From NCBI GenBank assembly GCA_963796275.1, contig CAWCKY010000003.1:128001-192000 (forward strand): a DNA stretch of 64,000 nucleotides, given 5' to 3'. The notes below the pieces were generated by a model. That model made no database searches. It had not been told where the DNA came from and worked only from the letters and a program-made list of their open reading frames with translations. The DNA comes from an uncultured Acidobacteriota bacterium (GTDB taxonomy: Bacteria; Acidobacteriota; Blastocatellia; RBC074). Position numbers and translations under genes: made by a program. The first letter of the stretch is position 1. The number at the start of each line of letters is the position of its first letter. Positions 10,334 to 21,714 of the stretch are shown piece by piece.

Positions 10334-11674
10334 ATGCCGAAGAGATTGCTCATCAAAGATGCCCGTATCATCACGCTCGATCAGAGCAACCGCATCCTCG
10401 ATGGTAGCGTCGCGATTATGGATGGTCTGATTACGGCTATCGAACCCATGATGACGGATCGTGAGGTTGCATCATTCGATGAAGTGATCGATGCGCGCGA
10501 CCGTGTAATTCTTCCTGGTTTCGTCCAAACGCATATTCACCTTTGCCAGACACTCTTCCGCGGGTCGGCCGATGATATGGCCCTGATCGATTGGTTGAAA
10601 CAACGAGTATGGCCGATGGAGGCGGCGCATACCTTCGCGTCGCTTTATGCATCCGCTCGATTGGGTATAGCGGAATTGATTAAAGGCGGAACGACCTGCG
10701 CATTGACAATGGAGACGGTCAATCACACTGAAGCAGTTTTCCATGCCATCGAAGAATCGGGGTTTCGCGCCACCGCGGGCAAATGCATGATGGATCAGGG
10801 CGATGGGGTCCCCGAGGCGTTGCTGGAGAACTGCGATGACTCGATCGCCGAATCGATTGAGCTGATCAAGTTTTGGCATGGCAGGTCCGATGGGCGCATA
10901 CGCTATTGTCTGGCGCCGAGATTTGCGGTGAGCTGTTCGCGCCAGCTACTCGAAAGAGTCGCCGAAATTTCACGCGAACATGGCGTCCTGATCCATACTC
11001 ACGCTTCGGAGAATCGAGACGAGATCGAGTTAGTACAAAAGTTAACCGGAAAACGCAATATAGAATATCTGCGCGATTCCGGTCTTACCGCACCACACGT
11101 CGTGCTCGCACATTGCATCTGGTTGGATCAATCTGAATTGGAGATACTGCGAAGCACGGGTACGCATGTCGCACACTGTCCATCATCTAACCTAAAGCTC
11201 GCATCAGGATTCGCGCGCGTCGTTGAAATGCTCGAGCATGGCATTTCCGTTTCGCTCGGAGCAGACGGCGCAGCATGTAATAACCGGCTCGACATGTTTA
11301 CCGAGATGCGGACAGCCGCTCTCATACAAAAAGCATTGCGCGGGTCGCAAGTGCTGACAGCCCTTACAGCCTTACGAATGGCGACCATCCGCGGCGCCCG
11401 CGCATTGGGATTGTCTGATGAGATAGGCAGCATTGAGATCGGTAAACGAGCGGATATTCAGATACTAAATCTCAACCGGATCCACACAACCCCACATCCC
11501 GATCTGATTTCCACAATTGTTTATGCGGCGGAAACGACTGATGTAGAAACAGTGCTTATAGATGGACGGGTTATTATGCGCGAAAGGGAATTGCTGACTC
11601 TCAATGAAGAGGAAGTGATCTCACAAGCAAATCGCCAGGCGCACGAACTATACCTGGCCGCCGCACAATCCTGA
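10334..11674 (+). CDS. Amidohydrolase, 5'-deoxyadenosine / MTA-SAH deaminase-like
   Basis: [13 protein letters not shown] (HxH), [22 protein letters not shown] and GADG motifs. Confidence 0.85.
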   Translation: MPKRLLIKDARIITLDQSNRILDGSVAIMDGLITAIEPMMTDREVASFDEVIDARDRVILPGFVQTHIHLCQTLFRGSADDMALIDWLKQRVWPMEAAHTFASLYASARLGIAELIKGGTTCALTMETVNHTEAVFHAIEESGFRATAGKCMMDQGDGVPEALLENCDDSIAESIELIKFWHGRSDGRIRYCLAPRFAVSCSRQLLERVAEISREHGVLIHTHASENRDEIELVQKLTGKRNIEYLRDSGLTAPHVVLAHCIWLDQSELEILRSTGTHVAHCPSSNLKLASGFARVVEMLEHGISVSLGADGAACNNRLDMFTEMRTAALIQKALRGSQVLTALTALRMATIRGARALGLSDEIGSIEIGKRADIQILNLNRIHTTPHPDLISTIVYAAETTDVETVLIDGRVIMRERELLTLNEEEVISQANRQAHELYLAAAQS

Positions 11675-11678
11675 CATA

Positions 11679-11739
11679 GAGAACTGGCCATCTGTTATCT
11701 AAGAGTTGAACTTGATCCCAGATGGCCAGCTCTTTTTTT
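11679..11739 (+). terminator. Intrinsic terminator
   Basis: CTGGCCATCTG (11684-11694) pairs with CAGATGGCCAG (11719-11729), followed by a T7 run. Confidence 0.7.
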
Positions 11740-11782
11740 ATAGCCAAACTATTGCGCGTGCCCCCCACCAGCTGCTCATGGC

Positions 11783-12259
11783 TCACACCGCATCAGCGGT
11801 CTTCAAAGTCGGAGGCTCAGGAATCGACTGCGTCTCCACCTGTCTCTGTTCGGTCTTGGTGACTCGTTTTTCTTGATCCTTACCATTGAGCATGTGGCAT
11901 TTGCCATCAAATACAGCTCCATGCTCAATGATCAGAGCGGGAGTGTAGATGTCGCCGTACACGCGTCCGGTAGAATGTATCTTAACGCTCGTCTTCGCCG
12001 TAATCGTCCCCTCAACAATGCCACTCACCTCGACGGATCCTGATTGAATGGTAGCCTTGATTCGACCCTTTTCCATCACCATCAGACTGCCGCTATCTGA
12101 TGTTATTGTCCCCGAGATACAGGCGTCCACCCTCATGATCTCTGTAAACTTGACTTCACCGTTGATATCGGTTCCTTCTCCCAAAAAACTTCGCAGATCA
12201 GTTGCTGAATCAACGCTCCCGGCCGCAAAGGAAGATCTACTGCTGCTTCCAAACTTCAT
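11783..12259 (-). CDS. Bactofilin (polymer-forming cytoskeletal protein)
   Basis: Beta-helix repeats SFLGEGTDINGEV...VEGTITA...VYGDIYTPALIIEHGAVFDGKCHM; AGGAGG RBS. Confidence 0.92.
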   Translation of the reverse strand: MKFGSSSRSSFAAGSVDSATDLRSFLGEGTDINGEVKFTEIMRVDACISGTITSDSGSLMVMEKGRIKATIQSGSVEVSGIVEGTITAKTSVKIHSTGRVYGDIYTPALIIEHGAVFDGKCHMLNGKDQEKRVTKTEQRQVETQSIPEPPTLKTADAV

Positions 12260-12357
12260 AATGGAAAAGCCTCCTAGCTTTATAAAAAATACAGGATCAG
12301 GGGCATTTCTATGATTGAAAAGATGTGTGGAACCACTGATAACTTTCGGTGGAGGGC

Positions 12358-13215
12358 TTATGTGTCGGATTTCCGGATGATGATCGAGTAAATCCGATCA
12401 AGTTCTCCGAGCGAGCTGAACTCGATCTCGATCTTGCCTCCATTTTGACTGAGCTGAATTTTGACTTGAGCCCCAAGATATCTCTTGAGCTTCAACTCAG
12501 CCGCGCGGATGTTAGCATCATTCCGCAACGCTGTCGAGTTCTCCCTAATCTTCGAGCCCGAAGCCGCCTTCTTCACCGCGCGCTCGGTATCTCGTACCGA
12601 TAGATTTCCGCTGACGATGTCGTTCGCCATTTTCAACTGAAGCTGCTCCGTCTCCAGGGCGAGCAGAGCACGGGCGTGCCCCGCCGTGAGCGATCCTTCC
12701 TCCAACATCTTCTGTATCGTTATCGGGAGTTTCAATAACCTCAAGTGGTTGGCGACCGATGATCGATCCTTCCCGACGCGCAGAGCCATCTCGTCCTGCG
12801 TCATGTTAAATTCCCGGATGAGACGCTGATAGGCCTGCGCCTCTTCGATCGGGTTTAACTCCTCCCGCTGAATATTTTCGATCAGCGCCAGCTCGAGCAA
12901 TCTGGAATCAGGTATGTCCCGAACCACCGCATTGATCCGCTGGATCCCCGCACGTTGAGCCGCACGCCAGCGTCGTTCGCCTGCGACGATCTGGTAATTA
13001 CCGTGCTGCATCCTGCGCAATAAGATCGGCTGGACCAGACCATTCGCCTGAATAGACTGAGCGAGCTCATCCAGCTTTTTTTCGTCGAAATTCAGGCGTG
13101 GCTGTTGAGGGTTCGGTTCGATCAGTTCAATATCAACCTCGAGCAGTTCATCACCCTGTGCCAGAGAATCTGATAACAGGGCGCTAAGCCCACGCCCGAG
13201 CGCCTTTCTTGCCAT
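12358..13215 (-). CDS. parB: Chromosome partitioning CTPase ParB/Spo0J
   Basis: ALGRGLSALL, NPQQPR, AGERRWRA, ENIQRE and HTH region. Confidence 0.97.
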   Translation of the reverse strand: MARKALGRGLSALLSDSLAQGDELLEVDIELIEPNPQQPRLNFDEKKLDELAQSIQANGLVQPILLRRMQHGNYQIVAGERRWRAAQRAGIQRINAVVRDIPDSRLLELALIENIQREELNPIEEAQAYQRLIREFNMTQDEMALRVGKDRSSVANHLRLLKLPITIQKMLEEGSLTAGHARALLALETEQLQLKMANDIVSGNLSVRDTERAVKKAASGSKIRENSTALRNDANIRAAELKLKRYLGAQVKIQLSQNGGKIEIEFSSLGELDRIYSIIIRKSDT

Positions 13216-13969
13216 TTTCCATTACCTCTTTCGCCAGGTTCATATAGCTCTCGGCTCCACGCGATTTGATATCGTAAAGAATGATAGGCTTGCCGTGACT
13301 GGGAGCTTCGGCCAGCCTGATGTTGCGGGGAATAACGGTGTTGAAAACCTGTGCGCCTAAAAAATCTCGCAAGTCCGCCATAACTTGATTCGAGAGGTTG
13401 AGCCGGTCGTCATACATCGTCAGGAGGAATCCCTCTACAGCAAGGCTGGGATTTAGGCTGCGCCGGATCCGCACAAGGGTATCCCATAAATCTGTTACAC
13501 CTTCTAACGCAAAGTACTCGCATTGGATGGGAACGATGATCGAATCGGCGGCGGCGAGGGCGTTCAGCGTCAACAATCCCAAACTCGGGGGACAATCGAT
13601 CAGCACATACTCGAAATGTTCGCGCGCGCTCAACAGTATATTACGAAGATAGTACTCGCGCTTCTCGACGTCTATCAACTCGACCTCAGCGCCCGCCAGA
13701 TTGCGATCGGAAGGTGCGATCTTCAGAAACTCCAGTTCGGTGCCGAGCAGTATATTGTTGATCTGTTCTTGCAGGATCATCGAGTGATAGACGCTGCGCT
13801 TGAACGAGCCTTTTTTGATGCCCACCCCGCTGGTGGCATTCGCCTGCGGATCCATGTCCACCAGGAGCGTGGTGATCTCCGCAACGGCGAAGGAGGCCGC
13901 AAGATTTATCGCAGTCGTCGTTTTACCGACCCCGCCTTTCTGATTCGAGATTGCTATGATTCTTCCCAT
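13184..13969 (-). CDS. parA: Chromosome partitioning ATPase ParA/Soj
   Basis: Deviant Walker A NQKGGVGKTT, DMDPQANAT, DCPPSLG; likely start MGRIIAISNQ at 13969. Confidence 0.97.
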   Translation of the reverse strand: MGRIIAISNQKGGVGKTTTAINLAASFAVAEITTLLVDMDPQANATSGVGIKKGSFKRSVYHSMILQEQINNILLGTELEFLKIAPSDRNLAGAEVELIDVEKREYYLRNILLSAREHFEYVLIDCPPSLGLLTLNALAAADSIIVPIQCEYFALEGVTDLWDTLVRIRRSLNPSLAVEGFLLTMYDDRLNLSNQVMADLRDFLGAQVFNTVIPRNIRLAEAPSHGKPIILYDIKSRGAESYMNLAKEVMENGKKGARAWA

Positions 13970-14106
13970 CGCTTCCTGAGTGTGAGATCCGTGTAGCGAA
14001 AAAATCGAGCGACCAACATTACCACAGGTCAAAAAGGTAGTGAAGGATTTGTCAGGTGATGAGAGCAGTAATTAGGAAACAAAAAACAAAAATTGGATTC
14101 TAGGAA

Positions 14107-14122
14107 TGTTTCACGTGGAACG
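14107..14122. promoter_or_regulatory. parS centromere site
   Basis: TGTTTCACGTGGAACG matches the parS consensus TGTTTCACGTGAAACA; upstream of parA. Confidence 0.9.
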
Positions 14123-14133
14123 ATGGCCCGGGA

Positions 14134-14583
14134 TCACCCCGCAACCAGTCGATATCGACACTTCTGTCGAATGCCCCTTTGATACATCTCTTCATTAGTT
14201 GGGATGTCTACAATCTCCACGAATTCGGCCCCGGCTAGTTCGCAAGACCGACGAGAGGCGAGGTTGTCAGGGTCACAAGTGATCCAGATAGGATTGAGGT
14301 CGTGCGCCGCGGCGAGGGACACCAGCAACCTCACACTTCTGGCAGCGAAGCGATGGCCTCGATAATCGGCCTCCACACTGTAACCGATGTGGCCCCTATA
14401 AAGGACGAGTCGGTCCGGATTGCCGATTCTCAAGTTTATGCCGCCGACGATTTGAGATGTACCCTCCAGCATCATATTAAAATGATAGGTCGGCACCCAT
14501 TCTCTTTCAGGATCGGCCATTAAATATCGATCGAGCACCAGGAGAAGTTCCCGATCCTGGAGCCTACCTGGTTCGATAAACAT
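14134..14583 (-). CDS. GNAT family N-acetyltransferase (COG3981-like)
   Basis: VGGINLRIG, GHIGYSV...YRGHRFA, ITCDPDNLASRRSCELAG. Confidence 0.88.
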   Translation of the reverse strand: MFIEPGRLQDRELLLVLDRYLMADPEREWVPTYHFNMMLEGTSQIVGGINLRIGNPDRLVLYRGHIGYSVEADYRGHRFAARSVRLLVSLAAAHDLNPIWITCDPDNLASRRSCELAGAEFVEIVDIPTNEEMYQRGIRQKCRYRLVAG

Positions 14584-14618
14584 CTTGGTTATTCCTCCAA
14601 TTGCCCGAAGGAAAGCTT

Positions 14619-14634
14619 CGTTTCACGTGAAACG
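14619..14634. promoter_or_regulatory. parS centromere site overlapping the rsmG stop codon
   Basis: Perfect palindrome CGTTTCACGTGAAACG. Confidence 0.92.
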
Positions 14635-15264
14635 AACGAACTCAATCAGCAATCTCCGCTCAGCGCCGGCCATTAACGAAGATTCTATTTTTCCCTCTCG
14701 CCCCACGAGACTGCGAATCAATGCCTCGGTCTCCTGGTTGCCGAAGACCAGTAGTTGACTGCTCCTCGCCCCTATTCTGAAGACCTCTACCAGGACCTTC
14801 TCCATCCGCTCAACCGCTCGGACGGTCAGACAAGCGATCTCCGGCGCCTCTTGGAGGGATTCAATCCGGTTCCGAACTACTTCAACATTCGCCAACTGCA
14901 AATCGGAGGTCGCTTCTTCCAGGTAGATCGATTTCGCCCGGTTGGATTCGACGAGTTTCACCTGAAGGTCGGGTCGGAAGATTGCCACGGGAATGCCGGG
15001 GACACCCAGCCCCGATCCCAGATCCCAGACTTCTCTGATCGAACCCAGGATCTTTTCGGCGGCGAATTCCGCTTCGCAGATATGGCGTTCGACGAACTCA
15101 CCCGGGCGAGTGAGGGTGGTCAGGTGAAGCCGTGCATTCCACTTGATGACAAGTTCGAAGTAGCGAGTGAGGCGTGCCGTCTCATCTTCTGAGAAGAGCG
15201 TCCCGTCTCTCCTCCCGGTTTTTCTGAGGATATCCGCGAACAGTATTGTCTCTGAGTTTTTCAC
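14623..15264 (-). CDS. rsmG: 16S rRNA m7G527 methyltransferase RsmG (GidB)
   Basis: [25 protein letters not shown]-binding motif; follows mnmG. Confidence 0.92.
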   Translation of the reverse strand: MKNSETILFADILRKTGRRDGTLFSEDETARLTRYFELVIKWNARLHLTTLTRPGEFVERHICEAEFAAEKILGSIREVWDLGSGLGVPGIPVAIFRPDLQVKLVESNRAKSIYLEEATSDLQLANVEVVRNRIESLQEAPEIACLTVRAVERMEKVLVEVFRIGARSSQLLVFGNQETEALIRSLVGREGKIESSLMAGAERRLLIEFVRFT

Positions 15265-17150
15265 TGACTCTGTTGGCGGGACATAAGCTCAACCTGGATG
15301 GTGAGCAGGGAGATGGCTGCCGCGGTTATGCCGGGGATACGCATCGCCTGGCCGAGAGTTTGCGGGCGCACGCGGTTCAGCCTCTCAACCATCTCGTGAG
15401 AGAGGCCGGGAAGCTGTGCATATTCGATATTCGAGGGGATATTTCGGTTGGCAGCCTTTACGAGGCGGGATGCCATGTTCTCCTGGGCGGCCAGATACCC
15501 CTGATATTTGAAGTCCGTCACAACCGTCGTGATTTCTTCATGACGACAGCGCTGCCGTAATTCCTGAGGCAAGAGGAGTGATATATGCTCCGCCGTTATT
15601 TCGGGACGTTTTACCAATTGGCTCAAGTTTACTGGCTCAGTTAGATTAACCCCGGTTTCGGCGGAGAATTGTCGATAACCATCGCTGCGGATCGTGATGA
15701 AAGTACTGCGCATATAGTCACGGAGTTCATTCTTGCGATGGATACTGTCACGAAAATCTCGATGGCGCCGCTCGGGAAGCATACCCAGGTTGAACGCAAG
15801 TTCGCTCAATCTTTCATCCGCGTTATCGATTCTCAGTTTGAGCCGTTGTTCGGCGCGCGAGGTGAACATACGGTAGGGTTCGTCCACTCCTTGTGTGACG
15901 AGATCATCGATCAGAATTCCTATGTACGCTTCGTCCCGTTTGATCGATATCGGATCCTGCCCGTGAACGTAACGCGCGGCATTAATCCCGGCGATGATGC
16001 CCTGGGCGCCTGCCTCTTCGTACCCGGTAGTACCGTTGATCTGACCTGCATTGAACAGGCCGCGGAGGCGTTTGGTCTCGAGCGACGGCCACAGTTCGGT
16101 CGGATCGATCATGTCGTACTCGATCGCATATCCGGGCCGGAGCATCACGGCGTCTTCAAGGCCGGGAATCTGCTTCACCAACTCGCGCTGCAGATCGGAG
16201 GGGAGGCTGGTCGAGAAACCATTGAGATATGTTTCATAAGTATGGTAGCCCTCAGGTTCGAGGAAGAGCTGGTGCCGCTCTTTTTCGGGAAATTTGACTA
16301 CCTTGTCCTCTATCGAAGGGCAATAGCGAGGTCCGACACCGACGATCTGCCCGCTGTAGAGCGGAGACCGGCTGATATTCTCGCGAATCGTCTGATGAAC
16401 CCTGGTTGAGGTATACCCGATATAGCATGAAATCTGCGGCCGAGTGATCGATCTGGTGGTAAAGGAAAACGGCGTCGGGTCTTGATCGCCCGGCTGTTCT
16501 TCAAAGCTCTTAAAATCGATCGATCTGCTGTCGAGCCTCGGCGGCGTACCGGTCTTGAGCCTGGCGATTCTGAAGCCGAGTCGGCGCAGGTTCTCGGCGA
16601 GTTTTATTGACGGAAGTTCGCCTGAGCGTCCCGCGGAGTAGCGTTTCTCGCCAATATGAATCAGCCCGTTGAGAAAAGTTCCGGTAGTGATTACAACAGA
16701 GTTTGATCGCAGCAGACGGCCATCCATCAATTCAACGCCGTCCACCTTGCCCTGATCGGTAAGAATCCGAATGACCTCGCCCTGCCGAAGGTATAGATTC
16801 GTGATACTTTCCAGTTCCCGTCTCATCTGCTGGCGATAGAGGGCGCGATCGGCCTGAGCGCGAGGGGCTTGAACTGCGGGACCGCGGCTTCGATTAAGCA
16901 TGCGGAATTGGATCCCGGTTTGATCGATGATGCGTCCCATCAATCCGCCAAGCGCATCGATCTCGCGCACCAGGTGGCCTTTCGCGATACCACCGATCGC
17001 GGGATTGCATGACATCTGTGCGATCAAATCCAGATTGAAGGTTACGATGGCAGTCCGAGCACCGAGCTGGGCGGAGGCGTTCGCGGCTTCGCATCCGGCG
17101 TGTCCCGCCCCAATCACTATCACATCGAATTCTTCGTCGTAATTAAACAT
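15261..17150 (-). CDS. mnmG: tRNA uridine-5-carboxymethylaminomethyl modification enzyme MnmG (GidA)
   Basis: [46 protein letters not shown]. Confidence 0.98.
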   Translation of the reverse strand: MFNYDEEFDVIVIGAGHAGCEAANASAQLGARTAIVTFNLDLIAQMSCNPAIGGIAKGHLVREIDALGGLMGRIIDQTGIQFRMLNRSRGPAVQAPRAQADRALYRQQMRRELESITNLYLRQGEVIRILTDQGKVDGVELMDGRLLRSNSVVITTGTFLNGLIHIGEKRYSAGRSGELPSIKLAENLRRLGFRIARLKTGTPPRLDSRSIDFKSFEEQPGDQDPTPFSFTTRSITRPQISCYIGYTSTRVHQTIRENISRSPLYSGQIVGVGPRYCPSIEDKVVKFPEKERHQLFLEPEGYHTYETYLNGFSTSLPSDLQRELVKQIPGLEDAVMLRPGYAIEYDMIDPTELWPSLETKRLRGLFNAGQINGTTGYEEAGAQGIIAGINAARYVHGQDPISIKRDEAYIGILIDDLVTQGVDEPYRMFTSRAEQRLKLRIDNADERLSELAFNLGMLPERRHRDFRDSIHRKNELRDYMRSTFITIRSDGYRQFSAETGVNLTEPVNLSQLVKRPEITAEHISLLLPQELRQRCRHEEITTVVTDFKYQGYLAAQENMASRLVKAANRNIPSNIEYAQLPGLSHEMVERLNRVRPQTLGQAMRIPGITAAAISLLTIQVELMSRQQSQ

Positions 17151-17212
17151 GGTCTTCTATGTCACTCGCAACAGATCGGAGGAATGCCGCTGTTAGTAAA
17201 ATGATAGCACCA

Positions 17213-18589
17213 TCACTTTCCGATACAAAAAGTCGAAAATATCTGACTGATAATATCCGCGATGAGGGTCTCTCCCGTTATCACTCCCAGACTTCGGAGC
17301 GCGTGATGAAGGTTGGCCAGGGCCACCTCTTCGGTAAACCCGGCCGCCAGGTCCTGTTTAGCCTTTCGCAGAGCCTCGATAGTTTCCTCGAGAGCCCTGA
17401 AGTGACGCTCATTTGTGATAATTGCGCTCTCGATGTTTGTCATTTCTCCGGTAACGATCTTCCGATGAATTGTTTCCTTCAGTCGATCGATGCCTTCTGC
17501 AGTGAGAGCCGAAACACGAAGCAGCGGATGTTTCGCCGATAGCGAACTTAACTCGCCCTCAGAGATGGATATTCCCAGATCACATTTGTTAAGGACATAG
17601 ATATCGATAGGGAACTGATCGAGGAGCTCGATCTCGTCGGGATCCAAAGCCGAGTTGGCCTCAATTACAGCGATGATGAAATCGGCCTCGCTGATCGCTA
17701 TTTTGGTACGTTCGACTCCGATCTGTTCGACGAGGTCTTCCGTCTCGCGTATCCCGGCTGTGTCAACCAAGTTGACCGGTATGCCGTTGAGAGAAAAAGT
17801 TTCGTTCAGTGAGTCGCGCGTTGTCCCTGGGATATGCGTAACGATTGCGCGATCCCTACCCAGCAGCGCGTTGAAGATCGAAGATTTACCAACATTCGGC
17901 TTTCCTATCAAAGCGAGTTTGATTCCCGATCTGATTACCCGCCCGACGCCATAGGACGACGAGAGGCGCGCGAGATTTCCGATAAAGCTATCGATTTTCG
18001 ATAGGAAGAGACCAAGGTTCAGCGGATCGAGATCATCCTCGACAAACTCGACAGTCGATTCGAAATGTACGATCAGATCGATCAACTCCGTTTTGACGGG
18101 CTGCAGTTGTTTCGACAACTCTCCGCGCAATTGCCGGGCGGCAATTCGGGCTTGAAATGATGTTTGGGCGTATATGAGATCATTGATGGCTTCAGCCTGA
18201 GTTAGGTCGATGCGCTGATTAAAAAAAGCGCGCATGCTGAATTCACCGGGCTGTGACGGTTCCGCGCCAAACGATATGAGCAGCCTGACTACCTCAGTCA
18301 AAACAACAGGGCTGCCATGACAAGAGATTTCAATTACGTCTTCGCCGGTGAAGGAATGGGGTGCCTTGTAGTAAGTGATTATCGCTTCGTCAATGATTGT
18401 TCCGGTTTCAGGATTGATGATTTGATGGAATTCTGCCTGGTTCGGAATTAAAGATATCCGGCCACCTTCATTCAACAGCTTTCGAACCAACGAAAGCGAT
18501 TCGGCGCCGCTTATTCTTATGACACCGATGCCGCCATAACCCTGTGGCGTTGCAACTGCCGTAATAGTCTTGAACTCCGGAGTGCTCAT
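17213..18589 (-). CDS. mnmE: tRNA modification GTPase MnmE (TrmE)
   Basis: [32 protein letters not shown] and C-terminal FCIGK. Confidence 0.98.
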   Translation of the reverse strand: MSTPEFKTITAVATPQGYGGIGVIRISGAESLSLVRKLLNEGGRISLIPNQAEFHQIINPETGTIIDEAIITYYKAPHSFTGEDVIEISCHGSPVVLTEVVRLLISFGAEPSQPGEFSMRAFFNQRIDLTQAEAINDLIYAQTSFQARIAARQLRGELSKQLQPVKTELIDLIVHFESTVEFVEDDLDPLNLGLFLSKIDSFIGNLARLSSSYGVGRVIRSGIKLALIGKPNVGKSSIFNALLGRDRAIVTHIPGTTRDSLNETFSLNGIPVNLVDTAGIRETEDLVEQIGVERTKIAISEADFIIAVIEANSALDPDEIELLDQFPIDIYVLNKCDLGISISEGELSSLSAKHPLLRVSALTAEGIDRLKETIHRKIVTGEMTNIESAIITNERHFRALEETIEALRKAKQDLAAGFTEEVALANLHHALRSLGVITGETLIADIISQIFSTFCIGK

Positions 18590-18649
18590 AATCCATGAAA
18601 TGCCGCTGCTGAGAGAAGGAAGAAGAGGGTGAGAGGATATGGTGGGTGA

Positions 18650-19117
18650 TCAGGCAGGAAAAACCTTTACTCGCCGCATCTGTCCTTCGCCCTCGCTCTC
18701 GGTTCTTATTCCCTGAACGTCGACCAGGGCAGTATGAATTATTCGGCGATCCTGCGCGTTCATCGGATCAAAGACAAACGGCGTCTTCGTTACCTTGACC
18801 CGTTCAGATGCCTTGAGCGCCATCAATTCGAGTTCCTGCCGACGAGTTTCTCGATAACCGCTGGCATCGAAGTCGATCTGTAGCCCTGCGGCGACTGAAT
18901 CTGCGAATACTCTGCGCGCGACATACTGCAAGGCGTCGAGCAGCTCCGCATTGTGACCGAGCAGCAAAGGCAGGTCGAAACCTTCGAATGATACTTCAAT
19001 ATTAGCGGGTTCCAATTCCCTCACCACAACTTTTAGGTCGAGTGAAGATCTGTCGATCAGCTCCCTGACGAAGCTTTCAATTTTTTCTTTATATCCCTCA
19101 AAATTTCCTTGTGTCAT
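18650..19117 (-). CDS. jag: Jag/EloR (KhpB)-like RNA-binding protein, KH-like + R3H domains, no Jag_N domain
   Basis: [11 protein letters not shown] (R3H), TESEGEG; conserved position between yidC and mnmE. Confidence 0.85.
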   Translation of the reverse strand: MTQGNFEGYKEKIESFVRELIDRSSLDLKVVVRELEPANIEVSFEGFDLPLLLGHNAELLDALQYVARRVFADSVAAGLQIDFDASGYRETRRQELELMALKASERVKVTKTPFVFDPMNAQDRRIIHTALVDVQGIRTESEGEGQMRRVKVFPA

Positions 19118-19144
19118 ATCGATATTCGATCGGGAAAGTTATTA

Positions 19145-20920
19145 TCAGTTAGCCAGCGCCTCTTTTGTCTTCTTTTTTTTCGAAGGCTTCTGGCCGGGTT
19201 TATCTATATCAGATGTGCTCGCAGTGGCCGGGGGTTTAGTCGGATTCAGGCGATTGATGATAACCTGCTGCGCCACGCCCACGAGGTTGGTCACCATCCA
19301 ATAGAGCACAAGGCCCGCAGGAGCAGATTTCAGAAACCAGGTGAAGATCAGAGGCATGATATATCCGACCTTCTTCTGTACCGGATCGGCGGTCGTCGGT
19401 GTCAATGCCTGCTGGGTAATCATCGTGACGCACATGATGATCGGGAGAATCCAGTAAGGATCAGGAGAAGAGAGGTCCGTCAGCCAACCGAAAAACGGAG
19501 CGTTCCGAACTTCTATCGAGATCGTGAGAATCGCGAAGACGGCCATAAAGAATGGCATCTGCAAGAGGAGCGGCAGACACCCCATTAGCGGATTGCCCTC
19601 CTTCATCAGGGCAATCTGTTCTTTCTGAAGATCGAGGAAACGTGGATCGTTCTTATCCAGTTTCTTCATTCTCTCTTGCAGATCTTTCATCTTCGGCTGC
19701 ATCGCCGCAGCGCGCTTCATTGTGACCGAACTCTTCCAACGCAGCGGAAAGAAGAACATGTTCAGCAGTATCGTCAGGACAACTATCGACCAACCGAAAT
19801 TGTGCGTGAATTGATTGATGTAGCGCAGCGCGTTGAGCATAAACTGCGCAATCGGTTTGACCAGAAAAGAGACGTAGTTCAGCCACCCGTAACTGACGAT
19901 ATCTTCGAGATGGCTTCCATTCTTTGACAGTCCAAAATTGACGCTCACCTGACTTAGCAAATTGAGGTCTTTCGGTCCGGCATATACGTGCTGAACCTCA
20001 GCTTGATTGAGCAAGATCGCAAACGAGACGTAATTATTATTGAGAAGACGAAACGCTGGAACAGGCCTTGAGGGAACAATCGCCATCGCAAAATAGTTGT
20101 CGTCGACAGCTCCCCAGGCGACAGGCGAATCCGTCGGAGGATCTTTCTTGTCTTTCAGGCTATCAGCTGTCTCGCGCTCGACGCTGTTACTCACAGAAGC
20201 GTAAGTCAATTGCGGAGCGTGTCGATACATGTTGATTTCCTTGGCATTCTGATCGCCAAAGTTTGGACCGATGACGATATAAGCCTCGACCGGGTTGCCA
20301 TTCCGCTTGACGCTCGCCAGGAAATCGAAATCAAATCCGGTGGAATTCTCATATCCGGCACCCTTGAAGATGAGGGTCTTATTTACCTCTACACCATTAT
20401 TAGCGTAAAAGAAGGATATCTCTTTCTTCTCACCACTATTGATTTTTTCAACTGACGAAGACTCTTTAATTTCGTAGTTCGCCGAATTCAGCTCCTTCTC
20501 GAGAGCGCGATCGGAAGGTATATAAAAACGAAAAGGTGCGCCGATCTCCTGACTCAGCTTGGCCGAGACGAGATTGACGCCCTGCGGGGGATCGATAGGC
20601 TTACCATTGGGGTAACCGGTCATCGTCCATTCCGTAATCACACCGCCCTGATTTGAGATGACAGCTGACCAGTGATCGGTCTTGAGATTGATCGTCCGAG
20701 GCGCGACATTGGTGGCCGGAGCTGCTAAAGCGCCCGTCTCCGCTGTGACTTGAGGAGCCGGCGTCGCGGTTACGGATGGTGCCGGTGTCACGACGTTCCC
20801 AACGACCCGTTCATCTTGAACAGGCTTCGGCTGCGGGGGATAAAGTTTCCCGTATATATATGACCATCCGAAAAAAATTACGGACGAAAGAATCAGAAAT
20901 AAAATCAGCCTTTTTTCCAT
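19145..20920 (-). CDS. yidC: Membrane protein insertase YidC
   Basis: N-terminal TM, periplasmic domain, [28 protein letters not shown]. Confidence 0.97.
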   Translation of the reverse strand: MEKRLILFLILSSVIFFGWSYIYGKLYPPQPKPVQDERVVGNVVTPAPSVTATPAPQVTAETGALAAPATNVAPRTINLKTDHWSAVISNQGGVITEWTMTGYPNGKPIDPPQGVNLVSAKLSQEIGAPFRFYIPSDRALEKELNSANYEIKESSSVEKINSGEKKEISFFYANNGVEVNKTLIFKGAGYENSTGFDFDFLASVKRNGNPVEAYIVIGPNFGDQNAKEINMYRHAPQLTYASVSNSVERETADSLKDKKDPPTDSPVAWGAVDDNYFAMAIVPSRPVPAFRLLNNNYVSFAILLNQAEVQHVYAGPKDLNLLSQVSVNFGLSKNGSHLEDIVSYGWLNYVSFLVKPIAQFMLNALRYINQFTHNFGWSIVVLTILLNMFFFPLRWKSSVTMKRAAAMQPKMKDLQERMKKLDKNDPRFLDLQKEQIALMKEGNPLMGCLPLLLQMPFFMAVFAILTISIEVRNAPFFGWLTDLSSPDPYWILPIIMCVTMITQQALTPTTADPVQKKVGYIMPLIFTWFLKSAPAGLVLYWMVTNLVGVAQQVIINRLNPTKPPATASTSDIDKPGQKPSKKKKTKEALAN

Positions 20921-20973
20921 TTATAAAATAATAACACTAAGAAACTCAGATTTCGTGACCTCATCGCATTATT

Positions 20974-21183
20974 CTAGCGCACGGGATCATATCCACCTGG
21001 GCAGAACGGGTGGCAACGTATGAGTCGTTTTATACCAAGAAATGAGCCCTTCCAGAATCCATATTTTGAAATCGCATCGACAGTATATTCGGAACACGTC
21101 GGTGTGAACCGGCAAGAACCAGGCAGCAACGGCGACAACGTGTATTTATAAATTCGCAGGATATAGATTGCCACCGTTTTCAT
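20974..21183 (-). CDS. yidD: Membrane protein insertion efficiency factor YidD
   Basis: CRFTPTCSEY, RCHPF, GYDPV. Confidence 0.95.
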   Translation of the reverse strand: MKTVAIYILRIYKYTLSPLLPGSCRFTPTCSEYTVDAISKYGFWKGSFLGIKRLIRCHPFCPGGYDPVR

Positions 21184-21189
21184 AACACA

Positions 21190-21555
21190 TTAAGCGATGA
21201 GTTTAAGCGATTTATGCGCTCGCCCCATAACCTGGGAAAAAGATTCCTCAATCTTTATAAATTCGGCTGTCAGCAAAGCCGATTTCGCGTTGAGGACGAG
21301 ATCATAACCGGAGTTTTCACATCCTTCTGCCTGAGCATTGGAATAGTATCTCCTGATGATCTCATTGAGTCTGCGTTTGCATCTATTGCGAACCACGGCG
21401 CCACCGACTTTCTTGGTTACCGTAATCCCACACCGGGTTTCGCCGCTCTGCGTCTTGAGAATGAATGCCGAAAAGAAAGGCGTATGAAACCTTTCACCCT
21501 CATCGTAGACCCTGCGGAATTGCTGATTATTTTGCAACTTCTTGGGCTTTAGCAT
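21190..21555 (-). CDS. rnpA: Ribonuclease P protein component
   Basis: GITVTKKVGGAVVRNRCKRR (RNR motif). Confidence 0.95.
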   Translation of the reverse strand: MLKPKKLQNNQQFRRVYDEGERFHTPFFSAFILKTQSGETRCGITVTKKVGGAVVRNRCKRRLNEIIRRYYSNAQAEGCENSGYDLVLNAKSALLTAEFIKIEESFSQVMGRAHKSLKLIA

Positions 21556-21570
21556 TCAAAGAAAGGACTA

Positions 21571-21714
21571 TCAGTAATGGCTCGGCGTCAGTCTCTTGCG
21601 GCCTTTGGCGCGACGGCGCTTAAGCACAAGACGACCGGACTTTGTACTCATTCTCTCGCGAAATCCATGAGTTTTTGCGCGGCGTCGATTGTTCGGTTGA
21701 AAAGTTCTCTTCAT
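21571..21714 (-). CDS. rpmH: 50S ribosomal protein L34 (not in the ORF track)
   Basis: Hand translation gives [47 protein letters not shown]. Confidence 0.97.
   Translation of the reverse strand: MKRTFQPNNRRRAKTHGFRERMSTKSGRLVLKRRRAKGRKRLTPSHY

Noticed and set aside
15669-16409. 246-aa ORF antisense to mnmG
   Set aside because: Typical stop-poor antisense frame of a conserved GC-rich gene.
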